The notes under the pieces were generated by a model that made no database searches, was not told the DNA's origin, and worked only from the letters and a program-made list of their open reading frames with translations. A stretch of DNA of 63,875 bases, counting the filler, from Octopus bimaculoides (Eukaryota), in the NCBI RefSeq assembly GCF_001194135.2. It is 7 parts of 6 records of this genome, joined end to end, with 100 filler letters (N's around TTAATTAATTAA, not from the genome) between each part and the next. Parts side by side here need not be neighbours in the genome. Positions count along the whole stretch, not along the records: positions 1 to 15,009 come from NC_068983.1; 6 more parts are not named here. The stretch is one strand, 5' to 3'. Each line of letters begins with the position of its first letter. Positions within the stretch are counted from its first letter, which is position 1. Both the position numbers and the translations under genes were made by a program. Shown here in pieces: positions 1 to 12,740 of this stretch.

Positions 1-29
<29 letters not shown>

Positions 30-32
<3 letters not shown>

Positions 33-276
33 GGTGGTGCAACATTATTTATTCAGTTAGGAAAAAAGAAAACACCTACAATACTCGTTATTCTTATAAA
101 AAATATTAAAAGTTACGATAAAATTATTATTATAGCCATGGTAAATGATTTATAATGATTAGTGACGCGGAAATATCAAAAATGAGGCTAACTAATTTAA
201 TGTGCTAAAAGTTTCAATGAATTTAGAATTATAATATTGGGCGATAATTCCTGTATGCCAACTATCGCACCCACTG
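30..276. mobile_element. Possible Tc1/mariner-type MITE
   Basis: TA|CAGGGTGGTGC at the left end and GCACCCACTG|TA at the right end form a short imperfect terminal inverted repeat with TA flanks; weak. Confidence 0.25.
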
Positions 277-286
277 TATATATGTA

Positions 287-330
<44 letters not shown>

Positions 331-359
331 TATTATGTATGTATGTGTATGTATATATG

Positions 360-390
<31 letters not shown>

Positions 391-783
391 AAGTATATAT
401 ATACATACATACACACACGCGCATACACACATGTATATGTTCGTACGTATATATATGTATGCATGTATGCATGAACACATGTTCGTTGGAGTTCGGCTAT
501 CCTTAATGGAAATCAATCCGTCGCAGATGGCGAAGAGGAAATTGATATATTTTCCTTCCTCTTTTGTAAATAACCAACATATAATCTTGGGAACTCCTAA
601 TACAAGATTGTACGAAATATTATTGAATTTGAAATGCCTAACAAACGTAGTTTGATGATGACCATTTCCTGGCTGTCGCTAGAAGAGATCAGCGTTGATC
701 ATATGAGATTTTTAGAGTGCATTGGATCATGGTAAAAATAAAAGCCATATCACTCAAGACCGGCACCACTTGAAAACATTCAT

Positions 784-863
784 CGGCGACAAGATAAAAC
801 GATGGCAAGATAACACGGCGACAAGGTAACACGGCGACAAGATAACACGGCGACAAGATAACA
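784..863 (+). repeat. Minisatellite, 5 x 16 bp (CGGCGACAAGATAACA)
   Basis: Five tandem 16-nt units read directly; two match the consensus exactly. Confidence 0.9.
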
Positions 864-903
864 AGTTCCTGTTGCGTCTTTGAATTTTCCGCTTCTTTCC
901 AAA

Positions 904-909
904 TTTCTT

Positions 910-993
<84 letters not shown>

Positions 994-1212
994 NNNNNNN
1001 NNNNNNNNNNNNNNNNNNNNNNNNNNNNCCTCATTCTCCTCCTCCTCTTCCTCCTCTTCCTCCTCCTCCTCCTCCTCTTCCCCCTCCTCCTCGTCCTCCT
1101 TCTCGTCCTTCTTCTTCTTCTTCTTCTTCTTCTTCTTCTTCTTCTTCTTCTTCTTCTTCTTCTTCTTCATCAACCTCCTCAACTTCCTTTTCGTCTTTTC
1201 CTCCTCATCTTT

Positions 1213-1243
<31 letters not shown>

Positions 1244-1286
1244 CACTACTACTACTACTACTACTGCTACTGCTACTGCTACTACG

Positions 1287-1332
<46 letters not shown>
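904..1332. repeat. Compound trinucleotide microsatellite (CTT/ATT/CCT/CTT/CTA) with an internal gap
   Basis: Direct reading; explains the poly-L/K/I/N ORFs at 754-1521. Confidence 0.95.
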
Positions 1333-1920
1333 TTCTTGTTGTCATCGGTCTCTTCATTAATATCATTTGTATGTTTGTGTCATCCTCTCTTGTCTCGATT
1401 GTGTTGTTTCCTTGCGTTGTACGGCGCCATCAATAATGCACAGAAAAATGCCTTTTATACTGCGATTAGTGAGTTCGAAACCAGTGACGGTAGATTTTGC
1501 CGTTCATTCTTCCAGACATGATAAAATAAAATGCTAGTCACGTTATTTTGTTCTATTTAGAGCCTATTGCTCTTTCTAAATTGTGTGCCATCGTGCACAC
1601 GGATTAGCAGAGTTGCATTCAGTAACGCTTTTCAAACACTAATTTGTAGGCGCAATGTTTATGGTACGTGCCTCGTCTCATCTATATCGTAGAACTTCTT
1701 ATCAACTTCACCTTTTTGTCAACATTATAAACCCATTTCTTCTCGTCTACTTAATTTATCTGTGTATCACATCTCAGATCCCGTACCAAAGCATTTAGCA
1801 TAATCTGGAATTCTCTAGGATTCTCTTCGAACCCATGTTTTTATATTTTTATATTTTTATTTCTATTCATTTAGTGATTTATTTATTTATTCTATTTTTT
1901 ATTTGTTTGTTTTTTTTCAG

Positions 1921-2021
1921 TTTTTACCGTTGACTTCAAATACAACGTAACTCGCATCGATCTGACAAGTCTGCAAAAATGCCTTAAATATGATGGGCAT
2001 CGATTTTCTTCATTTGAATAA
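1921..2021 (+). CDS. Candidate terminal coding exon of an unidentified gene
   Basis: Strong acceptor (TTTGTTTGTTTTTTTTTCAG); phase-1 open frame (V)FTVDFKYNVTRIDLTSLQKCLKYDGHRFSSFE*; AATAAA at 2031-2036. No homolog recognised. Confidence 0.25.
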
Positions 2022-2503
2022 CATTAAAAAAATAAAACATCAATATGATTTCCTACTTTATTATGCATTTTTATTCATAATATATTTCTTCCAAATTTTC
2101 TTCAAAGAATCTTGCAGAATACAACAACTGAACGCGCAAGCGAAGTTCTGTCAATATTATTGATAAACAATATGCAGCAAGTATAGTGTGTATTTGGGAA
2201 TATATGAGAAAAAATTTTAATTCATTTGAATTTATTACATATTTATTTTCATCTTAATTTCCTAAATAAAATGAAGATTTCAAAGTTAAAAGAAATTTCA
2301 AAGAAATGTTTTTAATAAGAATATAAATGGACAGGAAACAGCAGTAGAATATCGTCGCAGTCTGGCAAATGTAAACTAATAAAAATTACAATGATGTAAG
2401 TGTAACCGAAATGTCTCCACATTTAGATATGTGATTTGTTATGAATTAACAATATCTTCGAAAGATAAAATGCACACACCCCACCTCACCCACACACACA
2501 AAC

Positions 2504-2551
<48 letters not shown>

Positions 2552-3389
2552 GCATTCATGTGCATACATACATATTTGTATATATGCCTTTACATATGTA
2601 TAAAAAGTTTGTACACATACACCAACATACTCAACCACACACACATTTATACTATAATATATAATTATATGTATGTATATTTTTTATGTACGTATAAATT
2701 ATGAATAGACTAGTTATATATTTATGAACACATATATTATACTTCTTTAGATCTTCGAGTTATATGTTTTTATATCAAATATCAATTGTTTTGTCTTGCA
2801 TGCACAGACAGATTTTGATAAAGCTTTATTTGTTTACTTGTTATACTTTGATATCATTTCACTTTTACAATCTCTTCTTCACGTATTAATCCTCTAATTA
2901 TAACACGTTCAAAATTTGCGGGATATGTAGATTTTCTTTGGTTTAAATTTCTTTGTTCTTCAGTTGTAAGTTTTTCGTTTTCAAATATACCCTCAAACAA
3001 TACACAGATCTTTTGTGTGCAATCATAAACAAACTCAGTCAGTCAGCTTCTAGAAGACTGATTTGTATAGGAGAGAGACAGTTATATTTCAAAATAACGG
3101 ATGTAATTTGTAGAAGCTATTTGTTTATACGGATAAAGCCAGGTACATACTTTGTATTAATTATGAAAACATTAATTATAAACAATAGATACTGAAAATG
3201 ACACTAGAATATATGAATAATATTTTTTTTTAAATTGAATTTATATATTCCATATAAATTTAGATATCTTCATTTATATTTGACACTTCATTAAATAGAT
3301 CTTCAATATATATATAATACATATAACTATGTAAGTATTTGTGACTAAACAGTGTTTGGTATCTGCCTGAAATAAGAGACAATGAAATT

Positions 3390-3575
3390 CTACCTTGCAT
3401 GTCAATAGGGGATGAGAATCCTTCCTTATGGAGATTCTTTGTTAACCAGATGCACGGAACACTCTTTCAGCGTCTCTTAGTGTGGTCCAAAAATGGACGA
3501 AACTATCTTTAGCAATATCTTGGCTGTAGGACTTGCTGGGAGACTGATAAGTCTAATCACACTGAAATTGTAATT
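3390..3575 (-). mobile_element. Degraded RTE-clade LINE reverse-transcriptase fragment
   Basis: Minus-strand frameshifted translation LQFQCD..RLISLPASPTAKILLKIV..ETLKE..GFSSPID resembles the RTE motif C.NYRTISL.S..SK..LK....L.E.Q.GF..GRST.D. Confidence 0.55.
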
Positions 3576-3882
3576 TATATTTTATAATCGTGATGCTTTT
3601 ATAGTAGCCATAGTTTATATATGCAATGAGATTTTATCACTGTAATTACTATGTATATATATAGCACATGTCGTAATTCTAAAGAATGTATTGTACAATG
3701 GTTATTGACAAACAATACTAGTGTTGATAAACATCATTTGATCACTAATTAGGCGATATTTAGTAAGAAGTGCATATCTAATACAAATGGAATGTATGTT
3801 ATGTCGCTACATTTTAATATGCTAGTCTCAACATATTTTTTCAGATAACATGTTTGACGTCACAATTGTACTAGTACATAAT

Positions 3883-3915
<33 letters not shown>

Positions 3916-3979
3916 TACATATACACACACACACACACACACACGCACACACACACACACACACACATANNNNNNNNNN

Positions 3980-4034
<55 letters not shown>

Positions 4035-4379
4035 TATATATATTATATATGGGAAATGCACTCACTTTACATAGTCTTTATATATTTTTTAATATACTTT
4101 ATATTGTGTTTGTCGATCGGTTTCACTTTTACTGATCATGACGTTGAAATTATTGTAATTTGTATTTTCTTTAGGAGATTTTAGTCCATTTTTGTGTGGA
4201 GAAGTTTGTGAATGAATGATTCAGCAAGTAGAAAAATCGAAGGGGAGGTAATTGCTATTACTTATTATTGGAAACAGGGGAGGTAATTGCTCATACTTTG
4301 GGGAGTGGATTAATAAATATACACACAAATTCAAAAGCTAAAGTAGTGATGTGAAATATGTACAGTGATGGGAATGTGA

Positions 4380-4900
4380 TCATGAATTAAAATATATACT
4401 GAGATCAAAGTTGGTTAGGCGTTCATATTTAGACGTGTTCTGTATTTTTCGATGGACAATTTAAACGTTCTTGTATAGAAATTTTTTCTTTGCACTGGTA
4501 GATTGGGAAGACTATGAAGTTTGATTGGATATTACCTGCACATCTCTCTATGTGTTCACTCAAAGGAATCTGTCTGTATTGTGGGAACCGGGTCTGTCCC
4601 TTCTGTGTGTGGTTCTGCGTCTTAGTGTCATATAGATTTATGTCCAAAACCTGAGCAAGTTATAACATAAATTAGTTTCTCGGAAGCACAAGCAAAGTTA
4701 GTTTTAATTGTGAACCTCTCTCTTTGTTCTTAGTAGCTCTATGACCATCCCCTCACCTCTGTCCCTTCCCTGTGGCCGTTGCTGCTGCTCTTGACCCCGA
4801 CTTTTGGTACCGTTCCTGTTTCTCCCAGTGTTCGTATCCGTGCCCACTATACAGTTTTTTCTCTCTAGAGCTAAACAACAATGCTTAAGTCAGCGCTGAG
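4380..4900 (-). mobile_element. Possible highly degraded LINE 5' / AP-endonuclease region
   Basis: Minus-strand RKNFYTR..LSIEK..MNA loosely resembles the APE motif K+.FY..LQ..+.K....GD.NA; lies upstream of the RT fragment in the same orientation. Confidence 0.2.
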
Positions 4901-5349
4901 CATAGGTGGTGTGACCTATACGCACGGTACTAGAAATAACAGTTAAATAGATCTCATTTCGAGACCATCGTTTCAATTAGGAAACAATAAAATCATGTAT
5001 TAAAAAAATGTTAGATATATATTTTATAAAATAGAAAAACTCCATTAAAAGTGGTGTTTATCCTAGTAATATTAGTAATATGATGAGAAAAACCGCTGTC
5101 GTATATTAACAAGTTCACCGTGACTGGAATTATTCAATTTTAATACTCCACTAAGAAATCGCTCTAGAAGAATCATATAATAGGATTATTAAGAATGCTT
5201 CAGCAATCATTTCTCATGCTAGTTCATCTTTAATTTTGAAATTAAAACTGCTTGGATAAAAAATATAGCGGTGTGGTTGATCTCAGAATGGGATTGTTCC
5301 AATCTGGAGATATGTATATTTTGCGCATACTTTTAATTTTAAGATGCTT

Positions 5350-5814
5350 CTACAGATGCTATGGCGCGCATACTCCGTGATGCTTCTTGAGTTCCTGGGC
5401 GTTTCGGATCTTACATCAGACCCCCCTCACTCAGTTGACCCTGCCGGGGTTGATTACGTCCCAGCCTGCATTCCTGTAACAGCAAACCACTGGTCTTTTC
5501 TCTATCAAAAGCGACTTAGTGACCTTCTCTGCAGTTTCAGTAATGGAAGTTATAACCCTTCTCTTTGTTGCGCCCAGTAACTCCAAATTTACTCAAAGTT
5601 TTGCAGAATGAACACCATACAAATCCTCAACAACCCTCCTCTATTGCCTTGTCACGTGCCTGACAGCTCTGGTTTCTGCACTGCTCTATTTGTAACTTGT
5701 ATTTACCTCAACAATAACAGCTGTTTATACAGTGGTGATATTTGGTCTTTAATATTTGGCCACACATCAGACAAGCTTCGAAATTTATTACAGATTGCCT
5801 TCATAAGTTTTAGG
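5350..5814 (-). mobile_element. HERO-like (R2 superfamily, REL endonuclease) LINE 3' fragment with 3' UTR
   Basis: Frameshifted translation EQCRNQSCQARDKAIEEGC*GF..FGVTGR../..ITETAEKVTKSLLIEKR matches the recalled HERO C-terminus (IEVGCRGF..LG+TG...I.EAAEKASRWLWIKR); the UTR TCAACCCCGGCAGGGTC..GTCTGATG..CCGAAAC is HERO-like. Confidence 0.7.
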
Positions 5815-5877
5815 CTGAAAATACGAGTATCAATATAATTAATTTCTTAGACGTCATGTAAGTATTCTATACTTGGA

Positions 5878-6113
5878 TTCTTATTTCTTTATTGCCCACA
5901 AGGGGCTAAACATAGAAGGGACAAACAAGGACAGACAAAGGGGTTAAGTCGATTACATCGACCCCAGTGCGTAACTGGTACTTAATTTATCGACCCCGAA
6001 AGGATGAAAGGCAAAGTTGACCTCGGCGGAATTTGAACTCAGAACGTAACGTCAGACGAAATACCGCTAAGTATTTCGTCCAGCATGCTAACGTTTCTGC
6101 CAGCTCGCCGCCT
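5878..6113 (-). mobile_element. tRNA-derived SINE (family A), full length
   Basis: Minus strand begins GGCGGCGAGCTGGCAGAAACG (A-box-like), contains GAGTTCAAATTCC (B-box) and ends AATAAAGAAATAAG; related copies at 42873 and ~51010. Confidence 0.85.
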
Positions 6114-6341
6114 ATACTCGGATTCTATAATAGCACGTATAATTTTTCAAAATTCTCATTATTGGCAGAAATTATCTTATTTATTGTTAACTAATAAAAT
6201 TTTACAACAACATACAGCAAATATGAAATATGTCGATAATCGCTTGTCACTCAGAAACAGAAAAATATATCATAACGTCCTGTTTTATGCTACCTTTTCG
6301 CTAAATGTTAAATGTAACACAAATGAAACATTTTTAACCTT

Positions 6342-6575
6342 AATCAATAAATTTTCTGTTAACCAAAGCTACAGAAAATATTTGATAGAAATTAAGTTAT
6401 AGATGTACAACTGGCGTGAAAATGGTAATTAGTTATAATCCGACTAAATCAACAAAAATCAATAATTTTTCCCTGCTAACCAAAGTTACAGGAAATTATT
6501 TGACAGAAATTAAGTTATAGTAGTTACAACTGGCGTGAAAATGATAATTAAGAGTAACCTGACTAAAGCAACAAT
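6342..6575 (+). repeat. Diverged tandem duplication, ~117-bp period
   Basis: AATCAATAA..CTG(T/C)TAACCAAAG(C/T)TACAG..GAAATTAAGTTATAG..TACAACTGGCGTGAAAATG..GACTAAA(T/G)CAACAA occurs at 6342 and 6458. Confidence 0.85.
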
Positions 6576-9307
6576 GAGAGATTGCTCATGCAGAAAGAAA
6601 CACCACATAATAAGCATGCGTGCAATGCCGAAGGAAATGTTATGAGGCAGAGGTCACCTTTATAAAAGAAAAATTAGATTAATATTGCGAGTAAATTTTA
6701 AAAATAAACTTATTTCAATCATATTCTTGTCTGTGGAATCATAGAAAGGAGGAATTTAATCAAATTATAGGACACTGTTTGGACACTGAAAGAAAGCAGG
6801 ACTATATTCAATATCCTATGGAAAACTCTTGAAGGTTGTAAGCTGTATGGAATTTTCTCTAAAGTATTTGAACCGTAAAATTCTGAGAAAGATTATAAGA
6901 TAATGAATTTTAGCAAATTTGCTGAGTAATTCAACATCAGATCACAGATTTTTCAGCATATGCAAACATTTAGGCAAATTTCTTCCAAGCAATGACAGAA
7001 TGGAAGTGCTAAAAGTTGTATAGTTATAAATTAACATATATGTGGTCTCGGGAATGGAGTCTCTTAATGAATATTTTTCCAATTAGCCAGATGGCTTTCA
7101 TGTGAATGCAGACAAGTATATTTTCAGATGCGACAGTAGTATTAGATACTGGGTCTGATTGGCGCATTAGGAAGTTTCAATATTTATCAACGTTGAAATA
7201 TTTTGTAGTTCGAAAGAGGAAGACTCTAACAATTACACTTATTTTGCTGCGCTATTTCGAGGCTATATCTTTAAATTGTAAGGCACAGTTTTTACGGTAC
7301 ATTTGTTATGAACCTGCTTGTGAAGCTCTTTAGCATTTTTTTTAATATTTAGGATAGTAGAAAAATATGCCTAATAAGGTTTCAAAAATCTACTTATCTG
7401 TTGTCGGCAAAAAAGTACAAGCATTATCAAGTATCATGGATAGCTATGAAATGATACATGTCCTAAGACAGTTAGGTGACTCAAAGTAGTACAGAGACCA
7501 CTAGTTTGTTCGCGACTTAAATCATACTTTAATTTTATTTCTAGTCGATTATTATTTATGCGTCATTACGAGGTAGAGTTAGATTAATTGCATATATTAA
7601 CTATATTTTTAAAGTGTAGTACTGTAATGATTTTTTTAATGCGGATATTAAGATAGTACTGATAAGTATAATAATCCAAATTCTTAACATACATTAACTA
7701 TATATTTGCGAAATATGATTATACAATAGTTATTCATAATGTGGGAGACCACCAGCTCACCATGTCAATATATTTGATTAGTTTTCCTTAATAATGTATG
7801 ATATCTAAAATGTAGTGGTCGCTTGTTTCACCCATATTCCTAACATGGAAATTCTCATGTAGACGTAAAAAAGAGAAACATCACCTTTCAGAATCCATAA
7901 TGATGATGCTGTCATTAACGTTATTAGTAAAGTGCTGTTGACTTTTAAATCTTTGTTTGGAGAAAGAGCTTACAAACTGACAGCTAATACACCAATTATG
8001 TCAAAGTAGGGGTGTATTCAATAATTATAACTAACGAAGCTCATATACAAACACAACACACAGATGACTGTGCACACTGAAAGCAGCATTTTTCCACATC
8101 ATATATACACATACAAACGCACACAATGACAGGCTTCTTCTTGCATTAGGTCTGCTATGTTGAAACACCTCATTTAGATAATCAGCCAACACTCAGCGTA
8201 TAGACCAAGCTTACTGTGTCTCCTGGTCCATTCTTTTATTTTTCCATTGTAGAACTTATCAAATGAAAGACAATTTCTGAAACGCTGTTATAAAACTTTG
8301 CAGTTTATGTTTTATCCCAAAACATCACGTTCTGCTATTATTTCTTTATATTGCTTTCTTATATTTTGCTTCCACTTAATAGCCATACACACGCACACAC
8401 ACACAAGCAAGCATGTGCACACACACCAGCACACACACACATACACACATACAAGCATTCACATACGTGTATATGCATATAAGTTGTGTGTCTATACGTG
8501 TGTGAAAACTTGTGTTTGTGTATGGATGTGTATGTTTGTGTGTGTGTGTATGTGACTGTGTGTGTGTATGTGTGTGTGCGTGCGGCGCGCGTGTGCGTGT
8601 GTTTCGGCTGACCACTATTCTATAGCAGAAGCGATGTAAGTTGAGATTATCCTAGATCGACTAAAACTGCGAAATACGAACAACTTTTAATATCTGACGT
8701 TCATAAAATATTTTATAGTAGAGTACACCCATCTCTTCGTTCTTCAACATTCATATTTTTTTCACCATATCTTTCTTTATTTTCTTTCTTGGATATTGAG
8801 CTATTTGTTTATAGTGAGTATATTTTGGTCGAGTTTCTTATTAATAATTTTCGTCCTTTATTAATAAATAAGATATCGTAACGCGAAAATAGAATAAATA
8901 GCTTCGAGAAGAGACAATACAATATAGATGAAAACAAGAGAAAAAGACACTAAATATATTAGAATAGAATGTCAGAGAATGAATCTAAGATTTGAAGGGG
9001 AAATCTAACTACCGTCTATAATTCTATGAAAGGATGTATAAATCTCTGCATTACTTTACCCTTATATGCAATTATATACACACAGAAGCATATACACACC
9101 CATAAATTGATAGACGCTAACCTATGTATACACANNNNNNNNNNNNNNNNNNNNNNNNNNNNNNNNNNNNNNNNNNNNNNNNNNNNNNNNNNNNNNNNNN
9201 NTACATATATATATATATGTAAATACATATATGCATATACATCACATATATGTGATATATATATGTGATATACATCACATATATATCACATATGTGTGCA
9301 TACACGC

Positions 9308-9356
<49 letters not shown>

Positions 9357-9540
9357 TGTGTGTGTGTGTGTATAGATAGATATTTGCATATATATGCATA
9401 TACTATGTGTGTATATATATATATATATGTCTGTATGTATGTATGTATGTATATGTATGCATACATATACAAGGGATTTGTACAGACTATTGAGTATATC
9501 AGCCATAAGAGTAGTAACAACAGTAATAAAATAACAATAA

Positions 9541-9735
9541 AATGATGATGGTGATGATGATGATGATGATGATGATAATATTTGAGCTGAAGATGGAGTA
9601 CGAGAAAAATGTTGAAGAAGAAGGAAGAGGAGGAGGAGGAGGAGGAGGAGGAGGAGGAGAAGAAGAAGAAGAAGAAGAAGAAGAAGAAGAAGAAGAAGAA
9701 GAAGAAGAAGAAGAAGAAGAAGAAGAGAAGGAGGG
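9541..9735. repeat. Compound (GAT)n/(GGA)n/(GAA)n microsatellite
   Basis: Direct reading. Confidence 0.95.
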
Positions 9736-10061
9736 GGAAGAAATTAAGGAAGGGCACTGAGTAAACGCAAAGAAATGAAGCAAAAGGAATATTTATCACA
9801 CCAAAGAAAAAGAATTCACAAGAATATTAGAAAAGAAAAAGAAGAAAGCAAGAGAGCAGTTAGAGAAAGAAATAATTACTTTCAAAGCTCATAGCATGTA
9901 TATGTGCGTGTGTGTGTGTGTGTGTGTGTGTATCTGCGTGCGCGCGTGAGTGTATGATTTTGTATAACTATGGATATATATATATATATATATGAACATG
10001 AGTTAAACTAAGAACAATAACAAACGAGTGGAGAACGAAAGTATAGAGCGTGTGTTTGTAT

Positions 10062-10128
<67 letters not shown>

Positions 10129-10836
10129 TACATACAAACATATATATATATGTATACACATATATGTATCTATGTATATATTCTTATATGTATATATATG
10201 TATACATATGTATATATGTATATGTATGTATATATGTATACATATATATGTATATATATGTATAAATATATATATATATACAGATACATATGTTTGTATA
10301 TATATGTATATGTATATATACATGTTTATATATATACATATATATTTATACATACATANNNNNNNNNNNNNNNNNNNNNNNNNNNNNNNNNNNNNTATAT
10401 ATGTATATGTATGTATATATGTATACATATATATGTATATATATGTATAAATATATATATATATACAGATACATATGTTTGTATATATATGTATATGTAT
10501 ATATACATGTTTATATATATACATATATATATATGCATATATGTATTCTCATACATATATCTTCGTCTATGAATACAATGCATACACATGTAATTATATT
10601 TATATGTACACCCATACACAGCAGACAGAGACCCACACATGCGCTCACACATTATATTTACATATGCACAGGTATGTATATACGTGTTTGTGTGTGTGTA
10701 TTCATGGTGTCCAATAAATGAAATGGAAAATTTCCAAAAACAATTATCAGCAGGACAGTATCATGTGTTTGAATATCTGTATATTTATTTTTATGCTTAT
10801 ACATATATATATATGTATGTATATATTGATACCGAC

Positions 10837-10910
<74 letters not shown>

Positions 10911-11477
10911 ACATAGGTTTTACAGATAACGATCTCTTGTTCAACGGACTGCTCTTTGCGTGATATCACCGTGTGTTATTGATTTCTCACTCATGAGGGG
11001 TTTTATGAAAATGTGTTTAATTTTCGGCTGTATATATGGCAGTATAATATATATTTTTTTCTTAGTCTTTTGTTTCATTATACTTTTGTTGGGAAAATAA
11101 ATGAAAAACTTCTTTTGTGTGTTTGTTTTTGTGGTTATATTTCGTTATAAGCACGCATATATTTTATGTGCCAAGTGTGTTCGTTAAAAATTTCCTACGT
11201 TTTTGTTTACGTTATGAGATATTGATGTTTATATCAATACCGCATATACCTAGGAACATGCAAATTTATATGCTTCATAACGATGCTCCGCATGTGCGTG
11301 TTTCGGAGTTACGCATGTCTATGCAGCACCTGAAGAAGTCATACTCCCTTCATAATCTAGAGTAGACCAAAAACCTATGAGTGATATTTGGTAGAATGAA
11401 ACTCTAGTGAAGTCCATGACACAAATGATATGTATGTGTGTGTAAGTGTCTGTCTGTCTGTCTGTATGTATGTATGT

Positions 11478-12292
11478 CTTTTCTATTTTTTTAATTATTA
11501 TAAATATTCCACTGAGGAGGGAGCTGGTTTTCAACAAAGATACAAGGTTCCATCTTTGGGATGTAGTTAACACAGACAAATTCACATTTGAAACTTGAGA
11601 AAAGTCTAGTATATTTTTACTGTTCCATTCACAGATTGGACTTGTAATGTACGGATCAGCTGGTCGATATCTCTTTCTCAAATTCCCAGATTACCCACAT
11701 TTTCCTTAAAGCATTTACTAATAAAACCTAGTGCTCCAATTATTATTGGTATGAATATGAGTTCATAGTCTGAATATAGAAGATGGAGGTTTCGAAGCAG
11801 TTGTCCATAGATATCCTATTTTCTTTGATTTTCAAAAAGATATTTATATCTGTAGAGCAGCTAACCTCTATGATGGTACATACCTTTGCCCCTCAGTCCT
11901 AAACAACAATATTCAGCCTGTTATTCTTACGTTTGACAAAAGGTTTGATGGGAATATTCCACTAGTATTCCTTGAGTTGGTGTTTATGAATGTATTCCAC
12001 AGCAGAGGAATTTTCTAAGTTTATTTCAGGACAGTCTTTTTTGCGGATGGCATTGTAAATTGTTTTAGCAACAACATCATGCTGCATAGGGAGGTAGTAC
12101 CGTGAATCATTTTAGGACAGTTGTTAATCACACGCGTAATGTCTTCCACAGAAACATGACATAGCCTCCACATGCGTTTGCACCCTGGGATTACAAGAGC
12201 GTCACTGTCTCTCTTGATCACCTGATAATTTGTGATAATCTGTTCCTGGATCGCAAACGCATAGCCTTCAAAGTGTGATAATGTAGTGGTCC
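11478..12292 (-). mobile_element. R4/Dong-clade (REL) LINE, 5'-truncated and degenerate
   Basis: SHFEGYAFAIQEQ..RLCHVSVEDIT (CCHC knuckle region), NKPDIVV (REL PD motif) and C-terminal GTVKIY*TFLKFQM*; flanked on both sides by (TATG)n. Confidence 0.8.
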
Positions 12293-12740
12293 TGCACGTA
12301 TGTATGTATGTGTGTATGTATGTAAGTATGTGTATTTGTATGTATGAATGTAAGTATGTGTATGTATGTTTGTATGTATGTATGTATCTATGTATGTATA
12401 TATGTATGTATGTATGTACATACATCCTCAGATACATATATTAGTAGCAAACTTAAAAAATGATTTCTCAACGCCGCATTGGTTGAAAAACAATTTCTTT
12501 TAACAGAATTCACTTGTCCGACATCATGACTTTCGTGCGAATATATTCTCTGTTAGTGAGTTAGATCTAGGATAATGCACCAGTCACATGAACATGCGTA
12601 TGGCATGAAAGTTTCCGAGATTTTCCTCAAATCCAGATGTGAAGAAAGCAAAGGAATAAATGTATGTGATTTCATAAATGGCTCATGTAATCCACGAGAC
12701 CCTTGTACCGTGTAGTGTCTACACTGTGGGAATAAAATAG

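Noticed and set aside
3353-3512. Plus-strand exon-like frame VWYLPEIRDNEILPC..KNGRNYL*
   Set aside because: The opposite strand carries RTE reverse-transcriptase motifs, so this is better explained as the antisense of a decayed LINE.
5707-5814. Minus-strand segment with good acceptor and donor (LKLMKAICNKF..KQLLLL)
   Set aside because: It lies within and is collinear with the HERO-like remnant; exonisation cannot be supported without RNA data.
7106-7333. VVLDTGS aspartic-protease-like motif after an acceptor
   Set aside because: The surrounding residues do not resemble pepsin or retropepsin folds and no partner exons were found; likely chance.
11343-11357. DYEGS classical-cadherin-like motif on the minus strand
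   Set aside because: Only five residues, followed by a stop, with a weak donor and no other cadherin sequence.
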